DNA from: Geosiphon pyriformis uo1
Taxonomy: Eukaryota > Fungi > Glomeromycota
DNA: 64,000 nucleotides
Reading direction: 5' to 3'
Assembly: GCA_016748015.1 (NCBI GenBank)
Contig: JAAOMT010000098.1
Span: forward strand, 127,368-191,367
Below the pieces are notes generated by a model. The model saw only the letters and a list, made by a program, of their open reading frames with translations, did no database searches and was not told where the DNA came from. Below are positions 1 to 13,600 of this stretch, one piece after another. The position numbers and the translations under genes are program-made. Every line of letters starts with the position of its first letter. Positions within the stretch are counted from its first letter, which is position 1.

Positions 1-474
1 TCTTTTAGATTTTCTTCGTCTTCTAGATTTTCTTCGTCTTCTAGATTTTCTTCGTCTGCTAGATTTTCTTCGTCTTCTAGATTTTCTTTGCGTTCTAAAT
101 TTTCTTCGTCTGCTAGATTTTCTTTGCGTTCCAGGTTTTCTTCGTCTTTTAGATTTTTTTCGTCTTCTAAATTTTCTTCGTCTTCTAGATTTTCTTCGTC
201 TGCTAGATTTTCTTTGCGTTCCAGGTTTTCTTCGTCTTTTAGATTTTCTTCGTCTTCTAGATTTTCTTCGTCTTCTAGATTTTCTTCGTCTGCTAGATTT
301 TCTTCGTCTTCTAGATTTTCTTTGCGTTCTAAATTTTCTTCGTCTGCTAGATTTTCTTTGCGTTCCAGGTTTTCTTCGTCTTTTAGATTTTTTTCGTCTT
401 CTAAATTTTCTTCGTCTTCTAGATTTTCTTCGTCTGCTAGATTTTCTTCGTCTTCTAGATTTTCTTTGCGTTCT
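1..474 (-). repeat. Coding 18-bp minisatellite (EENLED/ENLERK hexapeptide), about 26 units visible
   Basis: Unit tctagattttcttcgtct and variants. In frame with TLDc on the - strand, no stop to the window edge. A block at 88 recurs at 322 (13 units later). Confidence 0.95.
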
Positions 475-1573
475 ACGCTTACTGTTGCTCCTTTATTATC
501 ACATAATCGATGAAAATCGGCTGGAGTGAATCCGTCTCGACTGCCTCGAAGTAGCAATTTAAAATCATCTCCAAGTTGATCTTCAAAAAAAGTATTTTCG
601 TTTTTGCCTTGAATCCAATGATCAAGCTGTTTTATATTATCCAATTGAAGAAGCTCTGAATCATTATTTGATCGAGAACATCGTAATGGCTGAGCATCTA
701 CCGAATTTTGATGACTACCCTGGTACGAGATAATGATGTAAAAGATTTTCATATAAAGTTCCAGGCAAGATTCTCGCAAATGGTTTTACTTTGTGATAGA
801 AGTTAACTGAAGATATGTTAAAGAACCGGATTAAAGGTAAAAGTCTTTCAATGAATTCCTTTAAGGCGTTAAAGTTTTCATCTGTCGAGTAAAGAACGTT
901 TTTCAGCTGAATATTGTTATCCAATTTAGCAACTCCCCATTCCACCATATTTCAGATTCTTCTATATTTAGGTCATCCCAGGTTAAAATTGAGGAAAGAG
1001 CATTTTCACTGAGGGTGGTGAAATTTGGGAATTGAAGACTATAGCTAGATTGTTAGCAGCAATATCGGTGCAGAATTTTGTAACTTTTTGAAAGATTCAT
1101 GCATAAATGAAGTTTTCTGCAAAATGGCCAAATTTTTTTCCAGTTCTTTTGCATGGTGTTCAATCAAATAGTCTTCAAGAGGATCAAAAAGATTCTCTAG
1201 AATAAGTTCGTCAGCGGTAACAAGCAATTCTAAAAGGGTAGGCACTCCATGTTTATCAAAGGAGATCTCGCCGTTATAAATATATCTACAGGAAAATGAA
1301 ACATAAAAATTTATGTTGTCTAAAATACTTTGAAGCAAATAAAAACACTTACCTGAGAATTATTTTAAGAATTTTAAGTAAAATATTAGGTTTGGCGAAG
1401 ATAATGGCATTGTTTTCCCTTTTAACCCAATTACTAGAGAGTGCTACAGTAAAATATGGTGATCTTGTTGCTAAAATTTGCTTCAACCACAATACTGACA
1501 TCAGAAAATTTCTGACTATTTAGTAAATTCCCGAAATCATTAGATAAGTGTGAAAGAATTGCTCGAGTGCCAT
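1..1573 (-). pseudogene. BTB/POZ-BACK-TLDc domain protein, multiply frameshifted; 3' end runs off the window
   Basis: ATG at 1573. BTB motifs (LSNDFGNLLNSQKFSDVSIVV, ILATRSPYFTVALSSNW, KPNI..KIILRYIYNG, LLVTADELIL), BACK motifs (FTTLSENALSSILTWDDLNIEE, VEWG, LLPLIRFFNISS) and TLDc motif (FKLLLRGSRDGFTPADFHRLCDNKGATV). GT-AG intron 1352-1286. Frame breaks near 1555, 1480, 1075, 1022 and 719. Confidence 0.88.
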
Positions 1574-2996
1574 TGATCAAAATATTTATTGATCAATTAA
1601 TTCTGGTCTCTTAAATATATTATCCGAGATCTGCAATCAAATCGCCTTCGAAGATTTAAAGCCTCTATTGAAAAACCAAGAAATATCTAAACAAACGAAT
1701 TTTCAGTTTTTAAGATCAAGTAGAGATTATTTTACTACCCAAAATGAACTATAACCCAGTGAAATTTTTGGTTTCAAAAGTTTTATATATCAAAAAAACT
1801 GAATTTTAATAATGAGCTTTAGAAGTTAGCCATCAGTTTTGTATTCTTTATATTACATGATACGATATAATAATAGCATACTAAAAACATATTTGTCATT
1901 TATGATTTCTTTTATTTAATAAAACCCCCATCTCACAATGAGAAAATTTTGCGTCTCTAGTATTTAATATTTTAAAATGTATTCATATATAAATATCGTT
2001 GATAAGGAAATATTTTATATTCAATTGCCCTCACATCCAAAATTATATGAGTCAAAATGACCATTTTTCAATCCAATTAACCAAAAATAAGTTAGTTTCT
2101 TATAACTAGGAATATCATTAGAATAAACCAATTCTTAACTCAAATATCGAAATACAATCAAGGGGTATCTTAAACAAGATAACATAAAATTGGGATATTT
2201 TTCTCAGATCATAGGAATTTAAAGATTGTCACAATAATAAACTGAAAATTGCATGTGGGTGCTTACTTATAATAACAAAACATTTGTTTTTTGAATTTAT
2301 TGCTTAATTAGTAAAAATGAATGTTATTAGGTAAAATGCTCAAGAAAAAGGCCATATCTGCTGCAAAAAGTTGCACATTATTAAACGGTCTTGTATTAAA
2401 CATTAGTTTTAGAATATATCAATTTTTAATCATTACCATTAAGATTTTATGCATTGTAAAATTGAATATTAAGTTATAGCTTTTATGTTTTTGTTATCAT
2501 CAATTTAAAAGGATTCAAAAAGTTTTTGTCCAACCTCACTCACTCTTATCATTAGCGTTAGCACTTTTTTGCCTGGTTACTAAAGAAATTACTAATAAAA
2601 TTCCAGAAATTTTAATTGATTTATCAATAGAAAACAAACATGAAGTGCTTTGAAAATTTCTGTATCAAACAATATATGCCTTTTTAAGTTGTGCAATCGA
2701 ATTTCCTACAACTTTGATGCTTGGTACTTCAAGATAATCTGGAATTTATCATTTTATAATTCCAAAAACGAGGCTTAGATGCCTAAATAACTCAAAAGGA
2801 GGATTTTTGGATTTTCAAGCTTTTTCACTAGCAGCTTTCACGTCATAGCTTGGCAAATCATACTATTAGGTCTTGTATATCTTTATTTTTGGATATTGGC
2901 AAAAGAGATAGAAAACTGGATTGTTGAAATATTCAGAATATTATACATATTCAAAGAGTCACTTTGGTGTAAATGTTGTAAATCTTCACAAAAATT

Positions 2997-3637
2997 TTAC
3001 ATAAGAATGGAGAGAAAGGGAAAGGACAGGAAGAACGTTGTAAATAAGTAATCTATAAAAAAAGACATATGAGTATTGTCACATGATCAAGTTTGTTTTT
3101 GCGATTATTTAAGAAGAAAAACGTGCACGCGACAAGTCCAAGATAATTATAGAGATAATCCACAATTATCTTAAAGAATCACCACAAATTCCTTCAGAAA
3201 AAAAATTTTATTTTTATTTTTATTTTTTTATTTTTTTACTTTTTTTTATTTTTTAACATTTTTTAACATTTTAACTTTTAAACAAGTACAATACCCAGCG
3301 AAACCCACCTTATAAAAGTTACATAGAAATGAAGAGAGAGAGCGAAAGGAAGAACAGAAGGAAGAACGAAGGAATTTTGCTGTATATAAGTCATCTATAA
3401 AAAAAAGACATTTATATATGAGTATTGTCACATGATCAAGTTTGTATTTGCGATCATTTGAGAAGAAAAATGTGCACGCGACAAATCCAAGATAATTATA
3501 GAGGTAATCCACAAATATCTCAAAAAATTGCCACAAACTCCTTCCGAAAAATTTTTTTTTTAATTTTTTAATTTTTTAACGTTTTAACTTTTAAACAAGT
3601 ACAATACCCAGCGAAACCCACCTTGAAAATGTTACAT
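2997..3637. repeat. ~315-320 bp tandem repeat (2 units plus start of a third)
   Basis: gagtattgtcacatgatcaagtttg...gtgcacgcgacaa and aaacaagtacaatacccagcgaaacccacctt each occur twice. ttacata unit starts at ~2997, ~3319 and ~3632. Confidence 0.9.
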
Positions 3638-4276
3638 AAATAACTAAAGAAAATAAAATAAAAAATGTGTTAAGAAAGTTGTTTCAAATTCAAGTCTGGA
3701 GATTATTAATGATTATTGAAATTAGTAGCTAATTAATTTCAAACTGTTAGTATAAAATAGTTAATTATAGAGCAATAATAATTAAAGAATTTATGTTTTT
3801 CAAGTGAGTTTTATTTGGGTTGATTTGTAAAAAAGATATTTAATAGAAAATTGATTTTAACTAAGATATATTTTCTTAAAAAAAAAGTTCTTTTTTTATA
3901 CAATTTGTTGTAGTTCTATTTTATGATCTAGTACTTTTTTTTCTAATTTTTTAGTAAACTAAAAATACATTTTGTCAAACTACAAGTTATTTTTACAAAC
4001 TATAGATTATTTTGGTAAACTGTTGAATATTTTGTCAAATTACTAAATATTTCAGCAAATTCTGAATGTTATATAGTTTGGTGTATTTCATAATCTGATC
4101 ATTACACTTTGGTTACTTTTGTTTTCTGTACAAATTGAGTTATTAATTAAATGATATTTTGAATAATTAGATAAGGTAATAAGTAATAAATTAAAATGAT
4201 AATATATACTAATTAATAATAGAAATTATAAGAATAATTTTATGCTAAATAATATCACAAATTTTGGCTGGTAATA
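3638..4276 (-). mobile_element. Partial LTR, same family as the solo LTR at 8471-9474
   Basis: Reverse complement starts tattaccagccaaaat..gatattatttagcataaaattat and aligns by eye with 8471-~9130. The last ~300 bp of the LTR are missing. Confidence 0.8.
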
Positions 4277-4299
4277 ATAACATATTTGTAGTTTGCAAA

Positions 4300-4900
4300 G
4301 AATCTATTTTAACGGATTTATTTGATATTTAATTTGAAGCTTTTGTTTTGTAATCATTTAAGTTCAATATTATCAATAATAATATTAAATTTTCTGAGTT
4401 TGAGATATAAATCAAAATAGAAAAAACCCCAAATTACTGCTGCTGTTTCTAATTTAATAGCAGAGTAATTTTTTTCTGTTGGCTTTAGTGTTTTGTTAGC
4501 AAAACAATTACTTATTTATTGTTATTGTTATTTAGTTCAAATAAAATAGCATTAAAAGCTGTGTATAAGGCATTTATAACTAGTTAAAATCTTTTGTTAA
4601 GTTGAGATAAGCTAAGATTAGAGCTGTAATTAGCTTTTTTTTGAAAATGTTAAAGATTTTTTGTTGCTTTAAAGTCTATTTATATTCTATGTTTTTGTTG
4701 ATCAAATAATTGAAGGGTTTAGTGATTTCAAAGAATTTTTTGATAAATTTTTAATAATAAGATGTTAATTTTGTAAATCTTCTTAATTTGGTAATATTTT
4801 AAAAAACTTTGAAATTTTTACTATACTGATTTTTTCTGAATCTGGTTTAACTTTTTTTTACTAATAATATGATCAAAAAAAGCCAAACTTTTTTTTTTAA
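4300..4900 (-). mobile_element. Ty3/gypsy pol remnant (RT thumb/connection and RNase H)
   Basis: Decayed translation LTSYY*KFIKKFFEITKPFNYL..KKLITALILAYLN and CFANKTLKPTEKNYSAIKLETAAVIWG matches gypsy LASYYRKFI..APILAYPD and YASRTL.PAEKNYSATELE. Confidence 0.75.
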
Positions 4901-7900
4901 AATGGTATTTTTTAATGCTTAATTTCAATCTTACTTGGAATAAAAATTTTATTCACAAAAACAAATCTTTTTTGGCTCAAAATAATTAATTGGAAACAAA
5001 TTTTCTTATTTACTACATTAAAACTAGTAAACTTTGCAGTTGTTTAGCTACTAACTGTTAATTTATTATTTAGCTCAGAATATTAAACCCAAAATAAAAT
5101 ATTATTATTATTAATTTAAATTTATAAAATCAAAAAAATGTTTATTAAATTTTACATATTAAAAAACAATAGAATAAGAAATTATTAAGCAAACAGTTTA
5201 AAACAATTCTCTAAAATTTAAGATAATTTATTTAAAAATTTTTATAATTGAAATTATATAACAATTGCTTAAACAATTTGGATTTAAATATTAATTTGTA
5301 GCATTTTTTTGAAAATATTTTATAAATAATATGTATTAATAGAATTAAGCCAAATTTTAATAGCAATATAAAAACAGTAAATTGAAAGTTATTATTAATA
5401 AAATAACTATAATCAAAGATAAAAAAATCTTTGGTAACATTTGGTGTTTTTTTAGAAAATTAATATAGCCTAAAAATTATATAAAGTAATAACTATAATT
5501 AAAACAAAAACTTTAAAATATTATTAACAATTTTACATTTATTGTAAACAAAAATTTAATATTTCAAACAGAATTTTAGTTATAAAAACTACTTTTTATA
5601 ATTATTTTAACAACAAAGTTAATAAATATTTTTTTGAAGAATACAATATTATAAAAGTTAAAAATACTTTTTATAAAAATATTATTTACTATATATTAAA
5701 TTAATAAAAAAAAAGTGTTTTTCTCTTGTCAATCCTCTGGCCATGAAAAGAACAAAAACTTTGATGAAAAAATAGCTTTTCTTTTTCTTTTTTATCTTTA
5801 GTTTTTGCAGTTATTTCTCTTCCACTAATTTGTTTGTCACTATAGAACTGGCTGGCTCTTCTACTGGTGGTTTTGGTTCTAGATTAACTGGGTTGGGGTT
5901 CCAGTCTGGCAACAAGAAAAAGGCATGGGTCAAAAGTGTTTACTTTTATAGTCCATTATATAAGAAGGTTAAAAAATCTGAATTCACTATTGGTATTGTG
6001 GATTTGTTAACTGGCCCTCTGCCTACTGTTTTGTTGTATTCAGGTGATAACAATTATAAGGTATCTTGGAAAAACAAAGTCGAAAATAATGAATCCAATG
6101 TAAATGAGGTGTTAGACATTGAGAACTTGAGAAACACAATAGCTGAAAAGACAAGTTATGTCAACTCCAATGCTTTTGAGACAGATAACATGATAGATAA
6201 TACTATTCTGAAAAAGATGCAAACTAGGACTTATGTCTAGAACAACCACCAAAAATGTCTTCTCTCAATTCTCTGAGTGACAATAATACTGAGTTGGTGT
6301 TCCTGACACCTAAGTTTGTTGGATTCAATCAGCTGTTGTCTACTGAATTACATGTCATAAAAAAACAGAGTTTCAAGCCAGTAAAATTGTTTGCTTTAAA
6401 TATTGAGCTTTCAGCAGTATCTGAAAAGACTAATGATGACAAGTTAATTTCTATTAAAAAAATTTTTTATTAAGTAGATGGTTTTTGGGAAGTCTTTACT
6501 CCTTTAAAATTTTCTGGAATTATCAGATCCTTTTTTACATTTGAATTGAGTCTGAATAAGGCTAAAGAGTTGGCAGTTAGTGAGAAAATTCTGGTTAATA
6601 ATAACATAAAAAAATAGTTGACTGTACAAATTGAAAGGTGATCATCAAGGAGATTTCAGTCAATCTTCTCAAATCAATAATTAAGATTATATTTTCTAAA
6701 TTTGGTAAAATTGTTTCAGTTAAGTTGTAATTAATTGGTCTTTGGCAAAAGACTTTGATCGAATTTAAGTTAGTAAATATTGCCAATTTGGTTGCTTCTA
6801 AGTAGTCTGTTCTCATAAGTAAGAATTCAGTGTGTGTTACTTTGGCTGTTGGTGACAAAAAATCATAAGTGTCAAGAGATTATTATCGGACTTTGCTATA
6901 CACTTTGTTAATTGGAATCATGGCTCATGATTTGTCTGATTTATTGGACTTATATGGTAGAAAAACTTGTTTTATTAATCATAATTCTATTTTATATATG
7001 CATAATAGGTGTGTTGTAATTTGTTTTAATGATGAGACATCTAAATTGGCGGCTATTAGCTCTACTTCTGTTTTTAAGAGTGTGAATTTGCACTGGGCTG
7101 GTTTTTCTCTGGCCTGTTGTGCCAAGTATAAGCAATTAGATCATGTTTCTGTTGTTTGTTCATTGAATGGGAATTTTGGTGTTTATGAAAAATAGGTGGT
7201 AACTCCTCAAGATCGAGTCTATTTGGTCAATATATATAAGAAAAAGTAGGCACTTATCGCTTGTCCAGTTTCTTTTGATGGTATTTCTTAGGCAAAAGTT
7301 GTCAGTAGGTCTTCTTTTTTTCCTCTCTTTGGTCAAAATATTTCAGCAGGAAATGGCTTCTCTTCAATGATGAAGCCATCTCTATTAGTTACAATGGAAG
7401 TTAATGACAGGTTTGTCACTCTTGAGTGTAGTCTTGCTAGTCTCATGGAGCAAGTGAGTCAGCTGGCTAAGAGGTTGAATACATTTGGGCCAATAGTTTT
7501 CCAGTCTAGCCCTGGATGTCAGCCATAAGTGACCCCTTCATCACAGGATTAAAAGGCAAATGTAGTGATGAGTAAAAGTTCAGGTGCATCCACTAGTAAT
7601 GTAACTGTTGTGGAAATGGTGTCTTTTGATATGTCTTCAGTGTCTAAAGTGGAAGACAACATAAAATGTCTAATGAAAACAGTATTGGGTCTTTCAGCCA
7701 AAGTTGAACATCTTGGTACAGATTTAATTTTCCAACCCCTTTCTCAATGAGTGAGTTAATTTGGAAAGTTGCTATGTACAACATTAGAGGTATGAACAAT
7801 TCTACAAAACAGAAAGATATTATTTGTTGGCACAAAAGTATGAATAATTTGGTTTTAATTTTCACTGAAACTATGTTAAGAGGGAAAATTCATTTTTAGA

Positions 7901-8470
7901 TTGCTGATAAGTTTAATGGTGTTTATGTTTTTATTTTTGGTTTGAATTCTGGTCACATGAGTTCTGATGTTATGATTGTTATAGACTTTTTTTTGGCAAA
8001 ACATGTATATAAGGTTTTAAAAGTGCTTGGTTGACTCCTTTTCATCAAATTGCTTTTTAAAAATAAACTTTTTGTGTTGATTTTAAGGCTATATGCTGGT
8101 GCTTTTTCAGTGGTTCAATTTTTTTAGGCTGGTAAGATCAACTCTTTTATTGCTAAAGCTGTGAACAAGTCTTATTTCATCATCTTTGGTGGCAATTTCA
8201 ATAAAAATGGTTTTCATAAATGTGTTAGTTACAAAAAGTGCCTTGATTTGGGTTTGGTCAACTTTTTGGGTAGAAGCTCAATTGCAAAGACACCAATGTA
8301 ATGCAATTCTCATGGTGTTGTCAAAGTGATTGATTATATATTTGTTTCTTCTAATTTGGTTAATACAATAGTGAATTGCAATATGGCTAATATTGTGGAC
8401 TATTTTAATACTGATTATAAAGCTGTTTCTGTTTCCATAAGTCTTGGTGGTTTGTTAGATGTGTGGCTGT

Positions 8471-9474
8471 TGTTACCAGACAAAATTAGAGATATTATTT
8501 AGCATGAAATTATCTTTATAATTCCCAACATTAATTAACATATATTATCATTTCAAATTATTACTTATTACATTAGCAAAATGTCCGAAATTACCATGTA
8601 ATTAATAACCCAATTTGTATATAACACAAATGTAACCTAATTGTGATGATCAATTATGCAATACCCCAAACTATGTAATATTCAAAAAGTTCACCGAAAT
8701 TTGTAGAAATTTGCCGAAATAATTAATAGTTCACCGAAATATCTAATAGTTTGCAGAAATAACTTGTAGTTCACCAAAATATATCTTTAGTTTAGCGAAA
8801 TTGTAAAAAAATAGCAAAGTTCAAGTTCATAGAATAGTGTTACAACAAGTTGTATAAAAGAAGAGCTTCTCTTTTCGAGGAAATGTATTTTACTTTAGAT
8901 TTATCACTTAGAACTATTTCTATATACACAAAAAGAAAGAAATATCAAATAATTCAAAAAAAACCAAATTCTTTAATTATTACACTTGGAAAATCTTCAA
9001 AACCCAACTAACATTTTGAAATTGATTAGCTACCAATTTCAGTAAACTGTTAGTGACTTCAGGCCTGAATAGAAAACGTTTCTCTTGATAAAATTCTATT
9101 TCTTTTACATTTCTTTTATTTTATTTTATTTTCTATTATTTTTCTTTTATTTTCTTATTACAATCATTAGAGTAGCCTGCAGACAAGATTCCTGTAGAAG
9201 AGTTGACTTTCACAGCAAAGTAACTACACATATTTAGTAAGCTTCCAGACAAGCAATTCTTGGGAAAGAGTTGACATTTACTACAACATAACTACATAAA
9301 GTAACTGGCACGGAATTGGCCATTCCACTTATAAGCCCAGCAAGTTCAAATTATAGAAGATAATTTGAAGATAAATTCAGTTATCAGAGGTTCAAACACT
9401 TCCCATAGTCATGAATTAACAGCATTACAACAAACATACAAAAGCTAAGAAGAGACCAAAAACCTCCAATAATA
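8471..9474 (+). mobile_element. Solo LTR (~1.0 kb) with 4-bp TSD, inserted in LINE copy 1 ORF2
   Basis: Begins TGTTACC and ends AATAATA (decayed TAACA). ctgt at 8467-8470 and 9475-9478. LINE sequence is continuous after removal. Internal ~20-bp repeats at 8688-8800. Orientation is arbitrary. Confidence 0.85.
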
Positions 9475-10526
9475 CTGTCTTTACTATGCAAGCAAGTTAA
9501 TAAAGATTGTTAGAAGTTTAATATCAAAAATGCCAATGAGGTAAAATGGTGTGAGTTTAGGAATGCCACAGTAGCTAATGCTATTATGTTTTTGGATAAT
9601 TTTGCTAAAGCAGAGGTGTTTTTAGATCTGTATACAATATATGATATTATTTGCAAGATAATAATTTTTTCAGCCAATAGTATATTTAAAAAGAGATGAT
9701 TCAAGAGTTTTAATGGTGTTTTTACCAAAGTGTTTTTTAGGTTTCATAAGCTGAAGTTGCTGGTATTTAAGTTAGTAAAAGTTTTTTATTTGGCTTTTAG
9801 TAAAAATTTTGCTTTGTTGTTAGAGACTTGGGATAGACTTAACAATGATAGTGTGGTAGAGTAAAATTTTTTTTTTTTCAAGTTCCAGTTTTAATGCTGT
9901 TTGTTCTGAGCTGGTTAAGATGAGGAAATCTGATCATTCTTTCAAGTTGTTAGAATCTAGACATGCTAAAAAGTCTCACATCTAACAGGCTATTAACAAA
10001 AAAATAGAAAGTTTTAAATTAGACAAGGATCATATCATTAAGCATGTGCTAGAACATTCTTTTTACAAGATGGTATTAGATCATTTGATGTGGATAATAA
10101 ATTAGTCTTGGAACTTGAGTTGATTAAATCTAAGGTGGATGCAATCATAGAGAGTTGGACTAGAAGGCATCAAGTGGTTGATAATATTTCTGATAATTAG
10201 AATTATTAATATCAACTTTTGAAGTATGTTTTCAATAAAGCTTTTTCTGATATAATGTGTTCAATTGGATCTGATGAATTGTTTGTGATGGTTTCTAATT
10301 TGCCTAATGGCAAAGCTGCTGGCCTCTCAGATATCTCAAATAAGCTTTAAAAGCATTATAATAAATCAGTTTTAGATCTGCTTTTGGTACTTTTTAACTC
10401 TTATTTAGCTTGTAAATCTGTACACAGCTCTTGGAAGGAGACTTGAGTTTCAATGATTTCCAAACTATATGACTAGAAGGGTGTTTTAACAAATACACAT
10501 CTTATTGTTTTAATTAAAACAGCTTA

Positions 10527-10612
10527 CAAGATTCTTTTCAAAATTCTTTTTAATAAGATTCTTTTCAAAATTCTTTTTAATAAGATTCTTTTTAAAATTC
10601 TTTTTAATAAAA
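10527..10612 (+). repeat. 27-bp triplication in the RT domain of LINE copy 1
   Basis: taagattcttttcaaaattctttttaa x3; single copy in the other LINEs (KILSKILSD in copy 2). Confidence 0.9.
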
Positions 10613-13600
10613 TTTTTTCAGCATGTAGCACTTTTAATGTTTTTTGTGGGAACAATTTTTTGGTTTTGAAGGGCATAATAATTCAGTCTTTCATTTTTGC
10701 AATTGGTTCGGTTATTGAAGATGCTTTAGAAAAAGACCAGAAGCTTTAACTAGTTTTGCAAGACATGTGGAAAGCATACAATTCAGTCAGCTGGAAGCAT
10801 CTTGAGAAGAGTTTGGTCAGAATTAAGATGTGCAACAAATTTATTCAATTTTTCAGTAGTATTTATAAGGATTGTACCAACAGAGTTATGACGGATTTTG
10901 GTTTGATAAGTGGTTATTATATGCATAATAGTTTGGACCAAGGAAAAGTTTTTTTCCCCCTTCTGTAGCACATATTTTATAATTCTCTGTTGTGTAAAGT
11001 CAAGCATCAGAAAAGTATGTGTAGGTATAGGCTGAATTTTCATTTTGTTTTCAAAAGTGGTTGTACTGAATCTCAGGCTGGGCTTTTTTCTTTTTTTGCT
11101 GCTGGTGTCTTCATTAATAATACAATTTGGATTGATAGCAGTCAGAATGCTACTCAACATATTCTTAATATTGCTAATAAATTTTTTCAGATTAATAATA
11201 TTTCAATCAATAATAACAAGACAGTGGCCATTTTCATTAATAGCAGAATCAGTATTTCTTCTCTTTCTATCAGTAACTCACTTATTTCTATTGCTAAAAA
11301 AGATGAATCTCATTAATATCTGGGTATTTTTTTTTTAACTGAAAGTCTTTTGAAGCCTAGTTTAACTAAGATATATTTAGACATTCACTTTTTTACCAAT
11401 TTGGTTCTGAGAAAGGTGGTCTTGAATAAGCAGTTTTTGTATTTGATGTCAACAATTCTTTATTTTATAGTCAGTTATAAAATGCAGTTTAGTTTTGTTC
11501 CTGTTGGCATGTGCAACAAATAAGATGCTTTGATTCATAAAGGCTTAAAGCTTAAGTCTAGTCTGTTTTTTGATTTTTCTAGTGATACAATTTACCACCC
11601 CTCCTTTTATGGCTTAAAATCCTTTGTGCAAATTCAGTCTAAAAGTAAGATTGCTTCTCTTATTAGCTTTGTAAACTCTGGTGGGATTTTGGGCCAATTG
11701 TTTTCTTACAGGTCTTATAACTTGCAAGTTTTTTGTTGGCATCCTGTCTATTCTTTGAATTCTTCTGTTTATGTTTGTGTTAGTGCTTCTAATAATTTTT
11801 TGGCAGGCATGATTCATATTTTTTTTGATTATAATCTGTCTCTTAGTGGTTCTTTGGCCAATTTTTTTCATATTTGTGGTGGAGTTCTTATATCTGTTGT
11901 TCTTGACAAGTCAAAATTTTTCAAGTTTTTTCCTTCTTTTTGACAATATGGTGTTGCATTTGTGGATCAGCTTCATGATTGTCATGATGTTGTCTTTGAT
12001 TGGTACATATTTAAATAGTGGAAAAGGCTAGATTTTTATGGCCCTGTTCCTGAATGGTTCAAGTTTTCTGCAGCATTTCTCAATAATATGACTTTTTCTT
12101 CAACTCCTTCTTCAGTTTTAAATAGTGTTGGTCCTTTGAACATTCTTGGCTTAAGCAGTTTTGTGTTTGTATGTGATTATCTGTTTCAGATTGGTACTAG
12201 TAGTTTATTTGTATATATGGATAGGTCTTTGAAGAATTTAAGCACAGTTGGCTATAGAGTTAACACTACTGTTTTTTTGAAGACATTGATTCGAGTTTGG
12301 GCATTGGTATTTTAGGTTTGATGTTATCTACTTTGGCTAAAATGCAAGCTATTGTATTGGTCCTGAAGTGTGTTCCTCTGTTTAGTTTTGTGCATTTGTT
12401 TTCAGATAGTCAATCTGTTTTAAATGTTTACAAGTCAGAATTGGATCTGGTTTGTTCTGATTTTTATAATTGGTGTTGGATTGAGTGTTGACATATTGTT
12501 GGTGTTATTCGCAGTAAAAATTTGAATGTTAGTTGGTACAAAATGAAAGATTACTCTGGCATTTTAAGAAATGAATGTGCTGATGTGATCACTAGTAATG
12601 CTTCTCTGTCTGATTGGTTTCTCCCTCCTTGCTTGAGTAAACACTTTTTGGTAGCTGATGGTGGTTTTGTTTTTGGCAATTTTAGACATTTTGTTTATGA
12701 CATTTATCATTCTATTTGTTGCACACATTGAAAGGTTGATTCTGGCTTGAAGTTTTTGGCTTGTGATTTGCTTTCTGAAGTTGATTGGCTCTACTTTTTG
12801 TTAATATAGCATTCTGATTTGTATATAGCTGCTGGTTTTATCAGCAGGCTCTTGGCTAATGTACACACTTATTTTATGAAAGCTTTGTATTATTGGTTGT
12901 CTGTGGCTGTTCGTAAATGTTTTTATTATAAATGTTATTTCAGTGTGTTGTGCTTATACTGTGGTGAGATAAAAATATCAAATCATGTGTTTTCTTATAA
13001 GATTGACAAGTTTGCTTGGTGTCAGTTATTGGAATCCCATGTGAATTCTTAGAGGTCACTTTCTGGTTTTTTCCATTTTTTTTCAAGTGTGCTCTAGTTA
13101 TTGTTGTTCTGTGTTTCTGATTTCTTTGTATCAATGGCTCTTTTTAAGAATTTTGTTTTTGATGATTGGTTTTATGAGACTGTTTCCATCTTTTGTGATC
13201 CCAAAATTGCTTGTCTGAAGATTGTTAAATTTGTGCACTCCTTTAGTTTTGCTTTTAAGGATAGTATTTGGTTAGTTCATACTAAATATTATGTCTATAT
13301 AAAAAAAAATAGCTTGATTCTTTTTGATAACTTAGCTTTCATATTAGTTTCTGGTTTAGCTTTGGGATTTTCTGCTGGTGTAGTCAAAATGCTTGGCATA
13401 GCTAAGGTTTTTGGCATACATTTTGGCTTTTGCAAATCTTGTTTGTTTTTTTTTGGAGTAGGTAATTTGGTTTTGGTTTATATAGCTGCATAATATTGTT
13501 CTGATCAGTTCGAATGACTGGTTATGTATAGAAAAAACATAATTCACACCTAATATAGATTATTTTTTTGATGTATAGAACTAGACAGTGTTTGGATTTT

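Noticed and set aside
1-474. CRISPR-like array
   Set aside because: Units are contiguous with no unique spacers, there are no cas genes, and the context is eukaryotic.
88-513. 141-aa Ser/Arg/Phe-rich + strand ORF
   Set aside because: Antisense shadow of the coding 18-bp repeat on the - strand.
2520-2990. Possible decayed coding segment
   Set aside because: Several stops on both strands and no recognisable motif.
3246-3536. 96-aa minus-strand ORF
   Set aside because: Lies in the tandem repeat and the frame is not conserved in the adjacent unit.
5050-5700. Possible + strand integrase remnant
   Set aside because: Only a faint LLKQFGFKY*FVA resemblance; too decayed to support.
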